A stretch of 64,000 bases of DNA from Octopus sinensis (taxonomy: Eukaryota). The notes under the pieces are model-generated. The model worked only from the letters and a program-made list of their open reading frames with translations, searched no databases and had not been told where the DNA came from. The stretch's first letter is position 1. Every line of letters starts with the position of its first letter. Position numbers and translations under genes: made by a program. Shown piece after piece: positions 39,623 through 52,678 of this stretch. Location of the stretch: contig NC_043001.1 of assembly GCF_006345805.1 (NCBI RefSeq), forward strand, positions 95,604,001 to 95,668,000, in the 5' to 3' direction.

Positions 39623-39920
39623 TATATATATATGTATATATATACATACATATATACAGACACATATGTATATGCATGTATGGCAGGATGGACGGATCGA
39701 GCGAGTTACCGCTACATGTTTAAGCATTGTGGTTTTTGGGAAGATAAAGAGAGATCTCCCTTCTCTCTCCGAGGAAGCCAAAGAAAGAGCATAGAATTGC
39801 CACCATGAGAAAAATTTTACCATCCTTCATCAACAAACAACGACTAATAATGCAAAGTAATGCATGTTATTTCAGCACAGTATAAACACCCATTCCATTT
39901 CTTCATCCAAAGCCATATAT

Positions 39921-40535
39921 TATTTTCTAATCTAGGCTCAAGGCCCTAATTTTGGAGGGATGGAGCCCCCAAACGATGAGAGGCAAAGCCGACCTCGGCG
40001 GAATTTGAACTGAGAATGTAGCAGCAGACGAAATACCGCGAAGCATTTCGCCCGGCGTACTAACAATTCTGCCTGCTCGCCGCCTTATATATTCTTTTTT
40101 AATCTATATATTATTTTCTAATCTAGGCACTATGCCCCAAGTTTTGAGGGAGGAAACCAGTCTATTGGATCAACCCCAGTACGCAACTAGTACTTAATGT
40201 AACGACCCTGAAAGGATGAAAGGCACAGTCGGCTTCAGCGGAATTTTAAATCAGTATGTAACGACAGACGAAATGCAGTTAAGAATTTCGCTCGGCCTGC
40301 TAACGTTTCTTATTCCTTTATTGCTCACAAGGGGCTAAACATAGAGGGAACAAACAAGAACAGACAAATCTTTTAAGTCCATCACATCGACCCCAGTGCG
40401 TAACTGGTACTTAATTTATCGACTCCGAAAGAATGAAAGTCAAAGTCGACTTCGCTGGAATTAGAACTCAGAACGGCAGACGAAATGCTGCTAAGCATTT
40501 CGCCTGGCGTGTCAACGTTTCTGCCAACTCGCCGT
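39921..40535 (-). mobile_element. Three adjacent copies of a tRNA-derived SINE
   Basis: Copies at about 39921-40084, 40111-40310 and 40311-40535 share gaaaggatgaaaggcaaagtcgacctcggcggaatttgaactcagaa...gacgaaat...aagcatttcgcc. The central block resembles the conserved domain of Meta/Sauria-type SINEs (recalled, not searched). Confidence 0.85.
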
Positions 40536-41264
40536 CTTCCCCAAACCATATATTGAAGCATGGCATATTAAGCAACTGCAGAATATATACAGAAGAAGAA
40601 CAATCAATTAACTTTATTGTTACTGGATACTAAATCTTAACCAAGAAATTATACATACTACTGAACGCTTGAGAAGGAAATTAAATGTACTTGAGATTAT
40701 GCCAGAATTATTAGATCTCAACAGAAAACAGATGCTTTAGGCATACTCCGTAAATGCACTGAGTGAAAGAGAAAGAAAGAAATAGAAAGCGAGAGTGAGA
40801 GAGAGAGAGAGAGACCAAGAAACAAAGATGTAGAAAGGTAGAGAGTGGTCATTGTTAATTAACTCGATAATTTTCTTAAGGACAACTGAAGAATATTCCC
40901 AGAAGGCCTTAACTTTTCCTCGTCATAATTGATCTAATTATATCGCTAATACAAACAAGTACTGAAAACAGAATGCTGTCTAATCACTGTGGTAGAAACG
41001 AAAAGGACAAGTAGACAAATGCTTAATCAGAACGCACTAATTTCTGTCCGGCCTTGTGAAAGTAGCGCTACTTGACGCGACACAAATACTACGTACGAAG
41101 CTCTCATTATAGTAGATGTGCCACAACTAGTTTGAAACAATGCCCATACCTTAATACGCAACGTTGCGCCACGAAAATAATTCAAATAACAAACTGCTGA
41201 CGAGCTTGATTATACCGATTTTTCAACAACGATAACCACTACTACGCCTACTACTAACATTAAT

Positions 41265-41274
41265 AATGATAACA

Positions 41275-41332
<58 letters not shown>

Positions 41333-41406
41333 TCATGATGATGCTGATTATGATGATAATGATGATGATGATGAAGATGATGATGATGATGATGATAATG
41401 TTTATG

Positions 41407-41465
<59 letters not shown>
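41265..41465. repeat. Compound (TAA)n-(TGA)n-(TAA)n microsatellite
   Basis: Direct reading. Confidence 0.95.
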
Positions 41466-41686
41466 TTATTTCCTTATTGCGCACTAGGTGCTAAACATAG
41501 AGGGGGCAAACAAGGACAGACAAAGGGATTAAGTCGATTACATCGACCTCAGCGCGTAACTGGTACTTATTTTATCGACCCCGAAAGGATGAAAGGTAAA
41601 GTCGACCTCGACGGAATTTGAACTCAGAACGTAACGGCAGACAAAATCCCGTTAAGCATTTCGCCAGACGTGCTAACCTTTCTGCC
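41465..41686 (-). mobile_element. tRNA-derived SINE, same family as 39921-40535
   Basis: gtcgattacatcgacctcagcgcgtaactggtacttattttatcgaccccgaaaggatgaaaggtaaagtcgacctcgacggaatttgaactcagaacg. Confidence 0.85.
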
Positions 41687-41694
41687 ATAATATT

Positions 41695-41752
<58 letters not shown>

Positions 41753-41754
<2 letters not shown>

Positions 41755-44700
41755 TGTGAAAGAATTGAGCTCAGTGACTACTGAAATAATGAAGATAGAT
41801 TAACAATAGCCGGAATTGTGGACCTATTAAATGAAGAAGGGACATAATTTGTGAGCGACTTCAAGAAGGCAAAGCTAGGAGACGAATAAAATCAATATTG
41901 TTCTGAGAACACATTGAAACAAAGAACATCACTCAAACAAATAATCTTATCAAGGCTGCTAGTAGGATTGTGGCAGAAAGGTTGGGAATGAGAACTACTG
42001 AGAATAAGACTGTGCCGGGTAGAAGAGGAAATAAGTAATTGTGGTTGAAAAGATAAATTTCTGAAGATATAAACTCCTTGAACAATGTACTGTCAATACT
42101 TGACAGGGAAAGAAATATAGAACTTAAGAATGAATGGAAATTCGAAAAGGTTAGGAAGAAAGATCTTGCAAATACAAAAGGCCTGAATATTGTAATTGAA
42201 GAACTGAAGCAGCGCATACGTGCAAAAACCCCCCAAAAAAGGGAAAGGTAACTAGATTTGAACAGCAGATTCAGCAACACCAGCAAAGCAAATTGCATAG
42301 AACCGACCAAAAGCGATTTCAACAGATTAATGACGATAAAAAACGTGAAATATTAGTCTATGATGCTGATGAAGATATGGAGTACGGAAGAACAACATAA
42401 CACTGCAGCTGAATGGCTCAGCAGCCAGAAGTAAACAGCTTTCTATCTCCAGGAAATGGCTATACACTTCAAAGAAGACAGTATCAGAAATATGAGTAAA
42501 AAGATAAGCAATTGGAAAGCAATAGAACCTGATGGTGTGGAGAGATTTGGGATTTAAAAATAATAAGTTCCTTAGTTGCTAAAAATTGATCGCAGAACAT
42601 GTAATGCATTGATCAATGGAGAAGACGAAATCTCGTGCTGGTTGAGAAAAGGACGAACTGTGATGTGCCAGAAAGATGCATCAAAGGGAAATGTTGCTGA
42701 CAATTACAGATCAATATCTCCCGTTAATGTGGAAGTTAGCGTTTACAACGTATACAGTAGAACTATAAATTACTTGATTAGAATGATATATTACCGCCAG
42801 AAAATTAAGGCTGTAGAAGGAGAGGCATCATTCATCATCATTGCTCGACCGTGGTCGAGACAATGGAATTTACCATGCTACGCCAGACTTCACGGTCCAT
42901 CATGGCATTACGGAGGTCCTGTTGCTGGATGCCTGTATCCCTGGAGATTACATCAGGGTAGGAGAGTGTGCGCCCTCTGGTATTGCGAGTAGATGGCTTC
43001 CAGAGGAGAAGAGTAGAAATTACTTCTTTTTCAGCTCTACAACAATGTCCAGCAAACTGGACTCTCCTACCTTTCACAAGAGATGACACAGGTGGTAGTT
43101 TCCCATATATTTGCATTTTGGTTGGATGGCGCTTCCACGAGAGATTTTGAGCTCTCATAAGGAGGCGAGTGTAGGTAATGCAAGATTGTAAACGAAAGAA
43201 AACAAATCTGGGAATGGCTTGGATGGATAATCACAAAGCTTATGACATGATTCTACATTCGTGGTCATCGAGTCCTTAGATCTGTTTGGAATTGAAAGGA
43301 ATGAAAGGAGTTTCCTGATGAGTAATATAGTGGGATGGAAGAAGCTTCGGCTCCCTGGGTATCAGAAGAAGGATTTTCCAGGGTGACAGCCTATTGCCGT
43401 TGCTTTTCGTTCTTTGCATGATACTCCTGATCTTGGTACTCAGGAAAATGCACCTGGGGTATCTGGTAAAAGAAAAATCCTAAACAGTCAACCACCTCCT
43501 CGTCATGGATGATTTGAAAATGTATGGCACACATGAGACACAAGTTATTTCCTTGGTGAAGACGGTCCACTGTTTTAGTACTGATATTAGAATATCAGTA
43601 GTGCGGAGTAATCTACCTAATAGTAATATCATGAAGTGCGGAGTAATCTACCTAAAAGGAGGCAAGGTACAGTCCCTAGGATGATCAGAATTATCGAATA
43701 GAGAATTGATTAAACAAATTGAAACGCAAGGACACAAATAACGTGTTGTATTAGAGTGCACAGGGATAATGGAAAACGACATGAAAGAGCAACTGAGGAT
43801 GAAGTATTTCCGAAGACTGAAATTCGTACTCAAACTTGAGTGGGTGAAATAAAATGTAAGCAGTTAATATGTGGGCTATACCCTCAATTCGCTATGGAGC
43901 GAAATGGCAAAAGAGAGAATTGAAGAAGTTGGATACCAAGACCAGAAATATGTTGACAGTACACGGAGACTTTCAACTAAGAGTGATACCGATAGGCTGT
44001 ACATGTCCAGACAGACGAAAAGATGGGAGGGGTTTCATCGTTTGCCAGGGTTGTATCGGATCAGAGGAAAATAGTCTAGTGTGATCTATGTAAAAATGCC
44101 GGGGAGTCACTGTTGAAACACACTAAGAAGGCCAGCGTCATCAAAACTGAAAATAGTGTAACGAAAGAAAAATTTGAACAAGTAATGAACAGAAAAATAA
44201 AAAAGAGAAAACGCACAGAATGAAAAAAATGTACGGTCAGTTTGCAAGAGATGACAATGCGAAGAGAGATACAGAGGACCAGTGGCTGCGGAAGGAAGAG
44301 GAGTAACCTGAAAATAGAGACAGAAGCATTCAACTACGCAGCTCAGGAGCAAACGTTAAGGACTAATTATATGAAGTGCAGAACTGACAACACTACCGAC
44401 AGCGACAAATGCAAAATGTGTGGGGAGATGTGTGAAACGGTATCGTACATCGTTAGCGAATGCCCGAAATCGGCACAACGCGAATACAAACGACGCCATG
44501 ACATTGTGACAATGGTCCGTTAGGATCTCTGTGGAAATCACGGCCAACAAAGAGCAAAGACGTGGTATGAACAAACCTCGGTACAATTCACCGAGAGTGA
44601 AACTGCAAAATCCTGTTGGATTTTATACTCCACGAAAATGTGTAGACGTGAATTCAACCTGTGTTGAGATGAAATTACACGCCTGGTAGTGGGATGTTTT

Positions 44701-44780
44701 CCCTTCAAGAAAGCAGGAGTGTAGAATAATTCAGAACGAATATAAAACATCTGTCGGAATTAAGACGATTAGACATGAAT
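41753..44780 (+). mobile_element. Heavily decayed R4/Dong-type LINE starting at a (TAA)n tract
   Basis: TNNLIKAASRIVAERLG, IEELKQRIRAK, AWMDNHKAYDM, GDSLLPLLFVLCM, HLLVMDDLKMY, WAIPSIRYG, ETEAFNYAAQEQTLRTNY, CKMCGEMCETVSYIVSECP...EYKRRHD. Confidence 0.85.
42826..43165 (-). mobile_element. RTE-clade LINE 3' fragment nested in the decayed R4/Dong element
   Basis: IYGKLPPVSSLVKGRRVQFAGHCCRAEKEVISTLLLWKP...GRTLSYPDVISRDTG...AMMDREVWR then stop and a (TGA)n tail. Confidence 0.85.
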
Positions 44781-45256
44781 TGATTCCAGTGGCGGTGTAG
44801 GCGTTCTTTTATAGATGACTATCTCACGGTCGATTTGTGGAGGGTGGCCATTCTCTTTACTCGTCACATACTCTAAGTCTTCCTTGGATTAGATAACCGG
44901 ACCGAAGAATATTCCAAGCGGTATGATTTGGGTCTACCTTTCGAGGGTCTTGAGAATCTCTTAACCTCCGGGACTTGGCTCCCAAAGCGCCAACTTTTTC
45001 GAGTTAATGCTAATTGCTCTTACCAACTTGTAGTCTATTAAAGCTATTCAGACCGCATCAGCGTGGTTGGTGATTATATGACGTTATCCCTTTAGTCATA
45101 AGCCAATATAGATCAGTTGCATAAATCTTCCTGAGGGATGCTTTCCAAAGTTTTCAGCTTTTGCAGTAGTGGTTGTAAGCTCAGTAAACAAAGAAGGGGG
45201 AAATCGTAACGGTTCGGGCACTGGATATTGACATTTTCCAAAGGATGGCCACTTTG
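44779..45256. repeat. Unclassified ~470-bp dispersed repeat, copy 1
   Basis: Colinear, roughly 80% similar by eye to 50313-50783. Confidence 0.9.
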
Positions 45257-46169
45257 TATGACAGCGTTAGAATTTCACTCTTCATTCTAACGATCCATTC
45301 GCCGACAACGATAAAATCTAGCTGGCGTGAGGACAGTCATCAATTATTGATATTTATTCTTATCCGGAGGTTCTTATTGGTGTAAATCTTCCACCCATCT
45401 TATATTTCGTACCCATTCTATTGTTGATGCATTGCATACCTGCAATAATAGAAGTTTCTAATAATTCAATTATATAAAATTTGCTCATTTCTGTAGCACC
45501 AATAGATTTGCCAGATGCAGCATATGGTGCTAGACTGTCCTTAAAGAAGTACACCATTCCTGCATTAAGCATATTGAAGGCCAGATTATTCATACTAAAG
45601 CAGACCTCCACCAGCATGTCCAATTTTGGTCCCTCGTGTGTTGTATTATGCTAATTAGACGTTACAACGCTGCATTTCCCTGTTACGTTAAATATAAAGG
45701 TTAAAATGAGAAATGATACTCATGAATGTTCCTCTCACCTCGACTTCTTTGATTTTTACTCTCATAATTGTAGATATTGTAAATGTTAATACGGTGGGTG
45801 CATAGTAATTCTAATGAGGCTCTAATACGAATACAGCCCAATTTACAAAAAATAACCAAATTTTGCAAGCAAAATCTCCCAAACATTCCGTTTGTTTTTG
45901 AAACAGAGATCAAACATAACCCGTATAGAAACCGTATACTGAATTTGAATTTGATATAAGGAATAAGCAATATTTACTAACAGATTGCAAGAATCACCGT
46001 CGGGGGATACATGGAGAGTGCTGTCAGATTAATAAGACAATATAAAGTAGATGCTAGAATCCCCAAAATAACCACATATGGGTATGATTTGATTTTATAA
46101 TATTCAGGTAGTGCTGTGTATCAACAAACTTTCTCATCAAACACAAGCGTGGCATATTGGGCAGATTTT

Positions 46170-46340
46170 GCTACTATACCTCCTGGTCTAGCAAAGACAT
46201 GAGAGTGTGTTTTGGTAGACGGAAACTGAAAGTATCCCGCCGCATACGCATGCATACCTATATACTTGTGCGGGTGTTGCTGTCACTGTGTGTATTAGTT
46301 TGCTGCCCCCACCCCTCGCAGGTGGTGTATCAGCATATAT
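46170..46340 (+). mobile_element. Decayed internal SINE fragment
   Basis: tttggtagacggaaactgaaagtatcccgccg matches the SINE at 55080-55115. Confidence 0.55.
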
Positions 46341-46352
46341 GTGTTTATATAC

Positions 46353-46397
<45 letters not shown>

Positions 46398-47465
46398 ATA
46401 TATAATATATATATATATATTGTTAGTTGCTGTATGTATTGGACTGCAAGTATGCAGGGACACCACCGTCTATGGTGGATAACAAACACACGCATACACT
46501 CACACACATACACACATACATATAAAGAGAGAATATATGTGCCACGCTATGCAAATGTTAACTTTCATCAAAATAGTTGCATAATGTATGGGAACAAAAT
46601 AGCCAAAATATAGATTATTTTCAACGCAAGTGAGAAACAAAATATAACGAAAAAAAGAATGCTAATCAACGCGAAGAATGTCTTTGCAATAATGAATACC
46701 GTGGTTAATTCAGAAGATCGATGAGGCGGAAACCATGGTAATATTTCTCACAGGTATTATACACTATTCATAGTAAATTTTCTATCACAAAGATATTACA
46801 AAACATATCTATATTCTGGGATTCTCCAGAATATAGATATTCTTAAAAAACTGGGAGGTTGTATTAATCCATTGGATATCTTTTCTACAAAAAATGAAAA
46901 TAAACATTCTTTGCAAGTACATTTAACAATTTCCAGGTTGTGATTTATATTTTTTTCAACTATCGAAACGATCCATCATCAATAAGGCGAGAACGTCACA
47001 TGCTATTCTGGAAAATTCCGTTAATGCATGCATTTCTCGGAAAGCGTCTTACGAATTTATATCTCAACTCTCATCTAAATATGTGATTGAGTTTCTAACT
47101 AGTTGGAAGTGTGAAATATATATGAAGAAATGTTTCCTGATTCTAAAACATCTGTATCGTCATTGAATTCATTGTTTATACAGTTCCTACCTGAATAGTT
47201 CATCAGCAGGAACAAGCTGTAGATATCTGAAAGATGTTGCGGCGATGCGTTCGTAAAGTGAAGCTACAGAATCATCGGAACAAAGCGGAAAGTTGATTCA
47301 TCGGGATTATAAACTAATATGAATCCCGATAACATTAACGAATAATGGAATGTGTCCACATCACATATTCTGTATCAAAATATAGGAAGTTACGTAGTGA
47401 GAAAATCTATAGAAAATTGTGTATGTGTGACATATAATGGGTGTATGTATATATATATATATATA

Positions 47466-47509
<44 letters not shown>

Positions 47510-47513
47510 ATAT

Positions 47514-47562
<49 letters not shown>

Positions 47563-48599
47563 TATATATTATATATATATATATGTGTATGCATGTATAT
47601 ATGTATATGTATATGATAAAATGAACAACAGATGATGGATAATTGTCAGCTCATTACACCTGTATGTTACACATATTTTTAATAGAAGAAAAATATCGTT
47701 TTTTCTTTGCAAAGAGCCGTAATCATTGGTTGAAAAATAATTTCAAAAATAAAAGAATCACCCAAGAATAGAGCAGGGACCATACTGAAATCTGCCGAGG
47801 CTCACCATGAAACGGGAAAACGACCATCAAAATTTGCCGTTGTGGGCATTGGAATTAGGTTAAGAATTTAGTTTGTCAGAGAGAAGTATTAAATTCCCTA
47901 GTCACGTAGGAGGTTTGAAGAACGACACCACGAGACATACTCTGAAGGAGAAAGTCGTAGAAAATCCATGATATAAATAAATGGTTAAAAATTTGCAAAC
48001 TGAAAGATCACATATAAATTTTAGATCTAAAACTTCACCGCATTGCTGAATTCCAGACCAGAATTCTTTAGCAAATGCAACCATTCGGGGAATACCACCC
48101 TCTCCGGATTTAGACGTCTTCCGTTGACTTTACACTCTCTAGCCAAAATGGATATAATTCTAATTCTTCTTATTTTCTTTTTCCTTTCTTTTTCTGTTTG
48201 TTTCTTTCGCCGTTCCACTTTCTGGACCGACATTCATCCCATATTTTCTCATGATTTATTTTTTTCTAATGTCCTTATTTGTAACTCTATAAGAAATGTG
48301 CCCAGGGCTGAAACACTTGGAGACACTATGTGTGATTTTGATCCTGTCTAGATAATAGATACTATGTATACAGCCATTAACAGCTCATATGTTTTTACTC
48401 TGTGCAAATAACCAACATTTATCTCTCACCAGGAGTATTTTGTTTTTTGATCTTACTCTAACAGGAAATATATGATGTGGTTTTCGATGGCAAATTCATA
48501 ATCTATGATCATCTACATATGTTTGGTGTGACAGCTACATTAAATTTAGCGACTCTAAAACTTTTAGTAATCTACACACTATTATGAATGGATTAATCT

Positions 48600-50260
48600 A
48601 CCAAAATTATACTCACACCACTAAATAACCCGTACCTCAGGACGCGTCTCGAGAACTTTGATGATCTCGTGAGACAGATGTGTTGGAAGGCCATAGGTTT
48701 TCATATTATGAAATATAATGTTCACTGCTACTGAACATTATGCTTTAAATATATGTAAATATCCTTCTAGAATAAAATATTTAGCCACTTTTGAGGTGTA
48801 CCGCTTTAAGTTAGTTACCAATATTAGATTTTTTAAGTACTATAATTCCTTTTCGCATTAGACTCTATAAGTACTATAACTCTTTTCAAAACAAAATTTA
48901 AGCTAGTGTTAGAAGCATTAAAAGCGCTACAAAGGAGACTGCATTTTCTGATGAGACCAACAACTTGTATGATGTGAGTAATGGTCTATAATTTAAGGTG
49001 CTCAAAGATATCATTCCACAAAATATAACCAGGCTAACAGAGACAAATAAAATGATATTAACAGTGAAGCCACATTCCTCTAAGCGTAAGAAAATCGATG
49101 ATAGATCAGAATGTTTAGTCAAGAGAGAAGCCCTTATTACTCTACAAGATCAGAAACCTAATTTTCATAATCAGGATTCTTGAATATTGGTAAACCCAGC
49201 GAAACCTGAAATCCGATAAATAGCCTAAAGCTGCAACGGGATATTAATATCCAAATCAGAGAGGCTACTATGTTACAAGAACTAGATAATAGCTATACTG
49301 CAATAGATTGGTTTAAGAATTTACAAACTAAGCAAAGGTTGAGTTTTACTCAATTCGGTATTATAGATTTTTGTCAGTTTTTATTGAGATCGCTGTTTGA
49401 TAAAGCGATTAAGTTTGCAAAAAAACATATTCACAACGAGAATGAAGGCATAAATTTTATAATGAAAGTGAGCAAAACCTTTTCCATTGAATAAAGGCTC
49501 AGTATGGATTGAAAAAACCGAAGAAGATGAATTGTTCTATATATCGATGGTAACTTATGACAGTGCTGGCATTGGCGATCTTTTTTGCCTCTTTTTATTA
49601 AATACATGCAACTTGTAGTTCCTATCCCACGATATAGGTCTACACCGAGACAATGGGTTCGTAATTCCCTGTGGTCGTGATTGTCACTCATTTGATAAAT
49701 CTGGGGGGAAAATCACCTCTACCCCTAGTCAGATAGGCCCCGATATCACTCACTACTAATTTATCAAATGATTATTTTTTTTAGATTTTTCTATAAATCG
49801 AATTTCTCACTGTTGTTAACCGTACCATAAGCCCAACGAAAATTTTCCCTACATATACAAACAGTCCTGCCACTTCCTAATAGCTTTTCAAAACCTGATA
49901 GATATCATTAACAATAGAATATTCAAACTTTTTTGTAAAGAAATTATTGATAAGGCAGCAACCTATTATAACTACTTCCTAGCTAACAGTAGTGTCAAAG
50001 ATGAATTATATTGCAGCCCTATGGGACCTACGTATAGACCTATATTGGACCCATGTATAGACCTAGAAAAACGGCTTTGGTTCACTCCATACTCCTCCCT
50101 AAATGATACAACTAATGTAGGTAAAAGACAACTGTCCTTTTTAGATAAGATTTTCCCAGAAAATCACAAACAGCCAAAAATCTGCAGCAGACGCTGGTAT
50201 TAATGTATTATATAGCTACTGCTCAAATATGAGCATCACTGCCTATAAACAACACCGAAA
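48600..50260 (+). pseudogene. Decayed Penelope-like RT (same clade as the 17864 element)
   Basis: DDLVRQMCWKA, IDDRSECLVKREALITLQDQKPNF, LVNPAKPEI, AIDWFKNL, FTQFGIIDF, SMVTYDSA, DIGLHRDNG, LWFTPYS...TNVGK...LDKIFPENHK. Many stops and frameshifts; no GIY-YIG seen. Confidence 0.8.
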
Positions 50261-50312
50261 TTCTACTCCGAGAGCTAATCCAGTCGGTCTGAAGTACAAA
50301 GTTTAATAAATA

Positions 50313-50783
50313 GATTCCAGTGGCGATGTAGGTGTTCTTTCATAGATGACTATCTCACGGTCGATTTGTCGAGGGTGGCTGATCTATTTGCTCGTCACAT
50401 TGTCTAAGTCATCCTCGGATTAGATAACCGGACGAAAGAATATTCCAAGCGATATGATTTGGTCACCCTTTCTAGGGTCTTGAGAAAATCTTAACTTCCG
50501 GGATTTGTCTCCTAACGCGCCAAATTTGTCTAGTTAATGTTGATTGCTCTTACCAACTTGTAGTCCATTAAAGCTGTGCAGATCGCGTCTGGGTGATTAA
50601 TGGCTGACTACATGACATTGACGCTTTACTCATAAGCTAACATAGATCAGTTGCATACATCTGCATGAGGGATGTTTCCAAAGTTTTCAGCTTTCGCAGT
50701 AGCGGCTGTAAGCTCAGTAAACGCAGAAGGAGAAAATCTTGACGGTTCGGCACTTGATATCGAAATTTTCCAAAGGTGGCCAT
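50313..50783. repeat. Unclassified ~470-bp dispersed repeat, copy 2
   Basis: Direct-orientation homologue of 44779-45256. Confidence 0.9.
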
Positions 50784-52190
50784 TAGAATTGCATAATCTA
50801 TTTTATAAATTTTAAGAAATAAAAATCTTAAGCAATAATAAACATACACAATGTATTGTAGGTTAATTTAATTTCTTTTTTTCAGTGTGATACAATTTTA
50901 ATTTTCAGATCTTAGACATCTACGTAAAATGGGATAACTGATACCTAAAATATGAAAGTAAAATTAGGTGTTTTCATGAGGACTCTAGAAAGAAAATAAT
51001 ATGTACAAAGGTATAGACATAATACATGACAACCTACACATATACACACATACATATGCATGTAAATATAGCAGTCGCGGGGCAGTATTTTCGGTCTTCA
51101 AATATTTGATTCGGAAATTTGCGATAAAACTTTGCCTCTTCTAGGTTTTGCGTAATACAAACTAAGAAGAGAAGACTATTATATCAGTGTTTTTATTCGT
51201 ATTTCAGTAAAGATAGGATTATGAATAATGGTCCTCCACATTTTGAAACTTTGGACTGACCAAATTATATTTCCAGAAAGAAGAACTGTTTCATTCAAAT
51301 TATAATAGTATTTTTTTGATTTTGAATCACGACCTGTCCTTGTGCACTCAACCACTTTTTCCTGTAAATTTTGTTATGTTGCTTTTCCTATATTTTATGT
51401 ATGACGTGCGAAAGTAAAAGTTATGTTGTGACTTATGGAAAAGCCACATGTTTAATACATAAACATGTCAAATACCATTTTCTTCTGCCGTGTTTCTGCA
51501 CATTTCCTGCAGCAGCAAGTGCAAGTTCTTGGTAAGGCGATTATCAATTTCATTTAAACATTCGTTATACATTTTTTCCTTAATTTTCCCGAATTAAAAT
51601 ACTGGTGCATTGCTTACAAGTTCCAAAGATATATATTAGAAAAAAACAGTCCATTTGACAACATTGTAAATCGGCAATTGCTATCCTTTCACAGCAGCTT
51701 TTGTAATAACATATATTTCCCCCCAAGCTGATTCATCGCCTAATTAATGAACATCAGTTACAAATGACAAGTGGCATTTCGCAGGTGTTAGTGCGGACTT
51801 TCATGACGACCATCTCACAGATTAACGTTACTAAGCTCTTGATTTTCGAAGAACGTCATACGAAATTTCAGAAGGATGAATTACAATACAATTTGGTTAG
51901 TAGTGGTTTATGTTTAGCATCAGAACAGTTTCAACCTATCATGTATGTGACCAAATAAATTATATCATCTCTCATTAATTTTCAGAATTGAAACCTGCAA
52001 GTCTACAGAATGATATTTATTTATCCTTCTTTTAAGGAGATATTGTATCCCCTGTATATATCCAGTGTTTCAACTCATCTTTCAGTGAACATTCGTATAT
52101 GAGACAATATTCCAAAGTCTTTCATTATACGCTTTATTGCATCTTTACCTGATTTCAAAATATATAGATAATAATACCTATATACTATGT

Positions 52191-52678
52191 GTGGAGGTGC
52201 AATGGCCCAGTGGTTAGGGCAGCGGACTCGCGGTCGTAGGATCACGGTTTCGATTCCCAGACCGGGTATCGTGAGTGTTTATTGTGCAAAAACACCTAAA
52301 AGCTCCACGAGTCTCCGGCAGTCCGTGGTGGTCAACCCTGTTGTACCCTTTTACCACAACGTTCACTCACTCTTTCTTCCTGTTTCTGTTGTACCTGTAT
52401 TTCAAAGGGCCAGCTTTGTCACACCCTGTGTCACGCTGAATCTCCTCGAGAACTACGTTAAGGGTACGCATGTCTGTGGAGTGCTCAGCCATTTGCACGT
52501 TAATAAATGAGCTGCGACGTCACTGATGCCAAGCTGTATCGGATAACATCGGTGGCAGGTAGAGGGGAGGCTGGTATGCATGGGTGACTGCTGGTTTTCC
52601 ATTAACGACCTCGGAGGGTAACTTTCTAGGTGCAATTCCATGGTCATTCATGACCGAAGGAGGTCACAAAAAAATATA
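52191..52678 (+). mobile_element. tRNA-derived SINE with 12-bp target-site duplication
   Basis: Box A tggcccagtggttagg, box B ggtttcgattccc, A-rich end. TSD tatatactatgt at 52179-52190 and 52679-52690. Confidence 0.85.

Noticed and set aside
52191-52265. tRNA gene (also 57036-57100, 54956-55020)
   Set aside because: Box A/B are present but the acceptor stem does not close, and the sequences continue into SINE bodies, two of them with TSDs.
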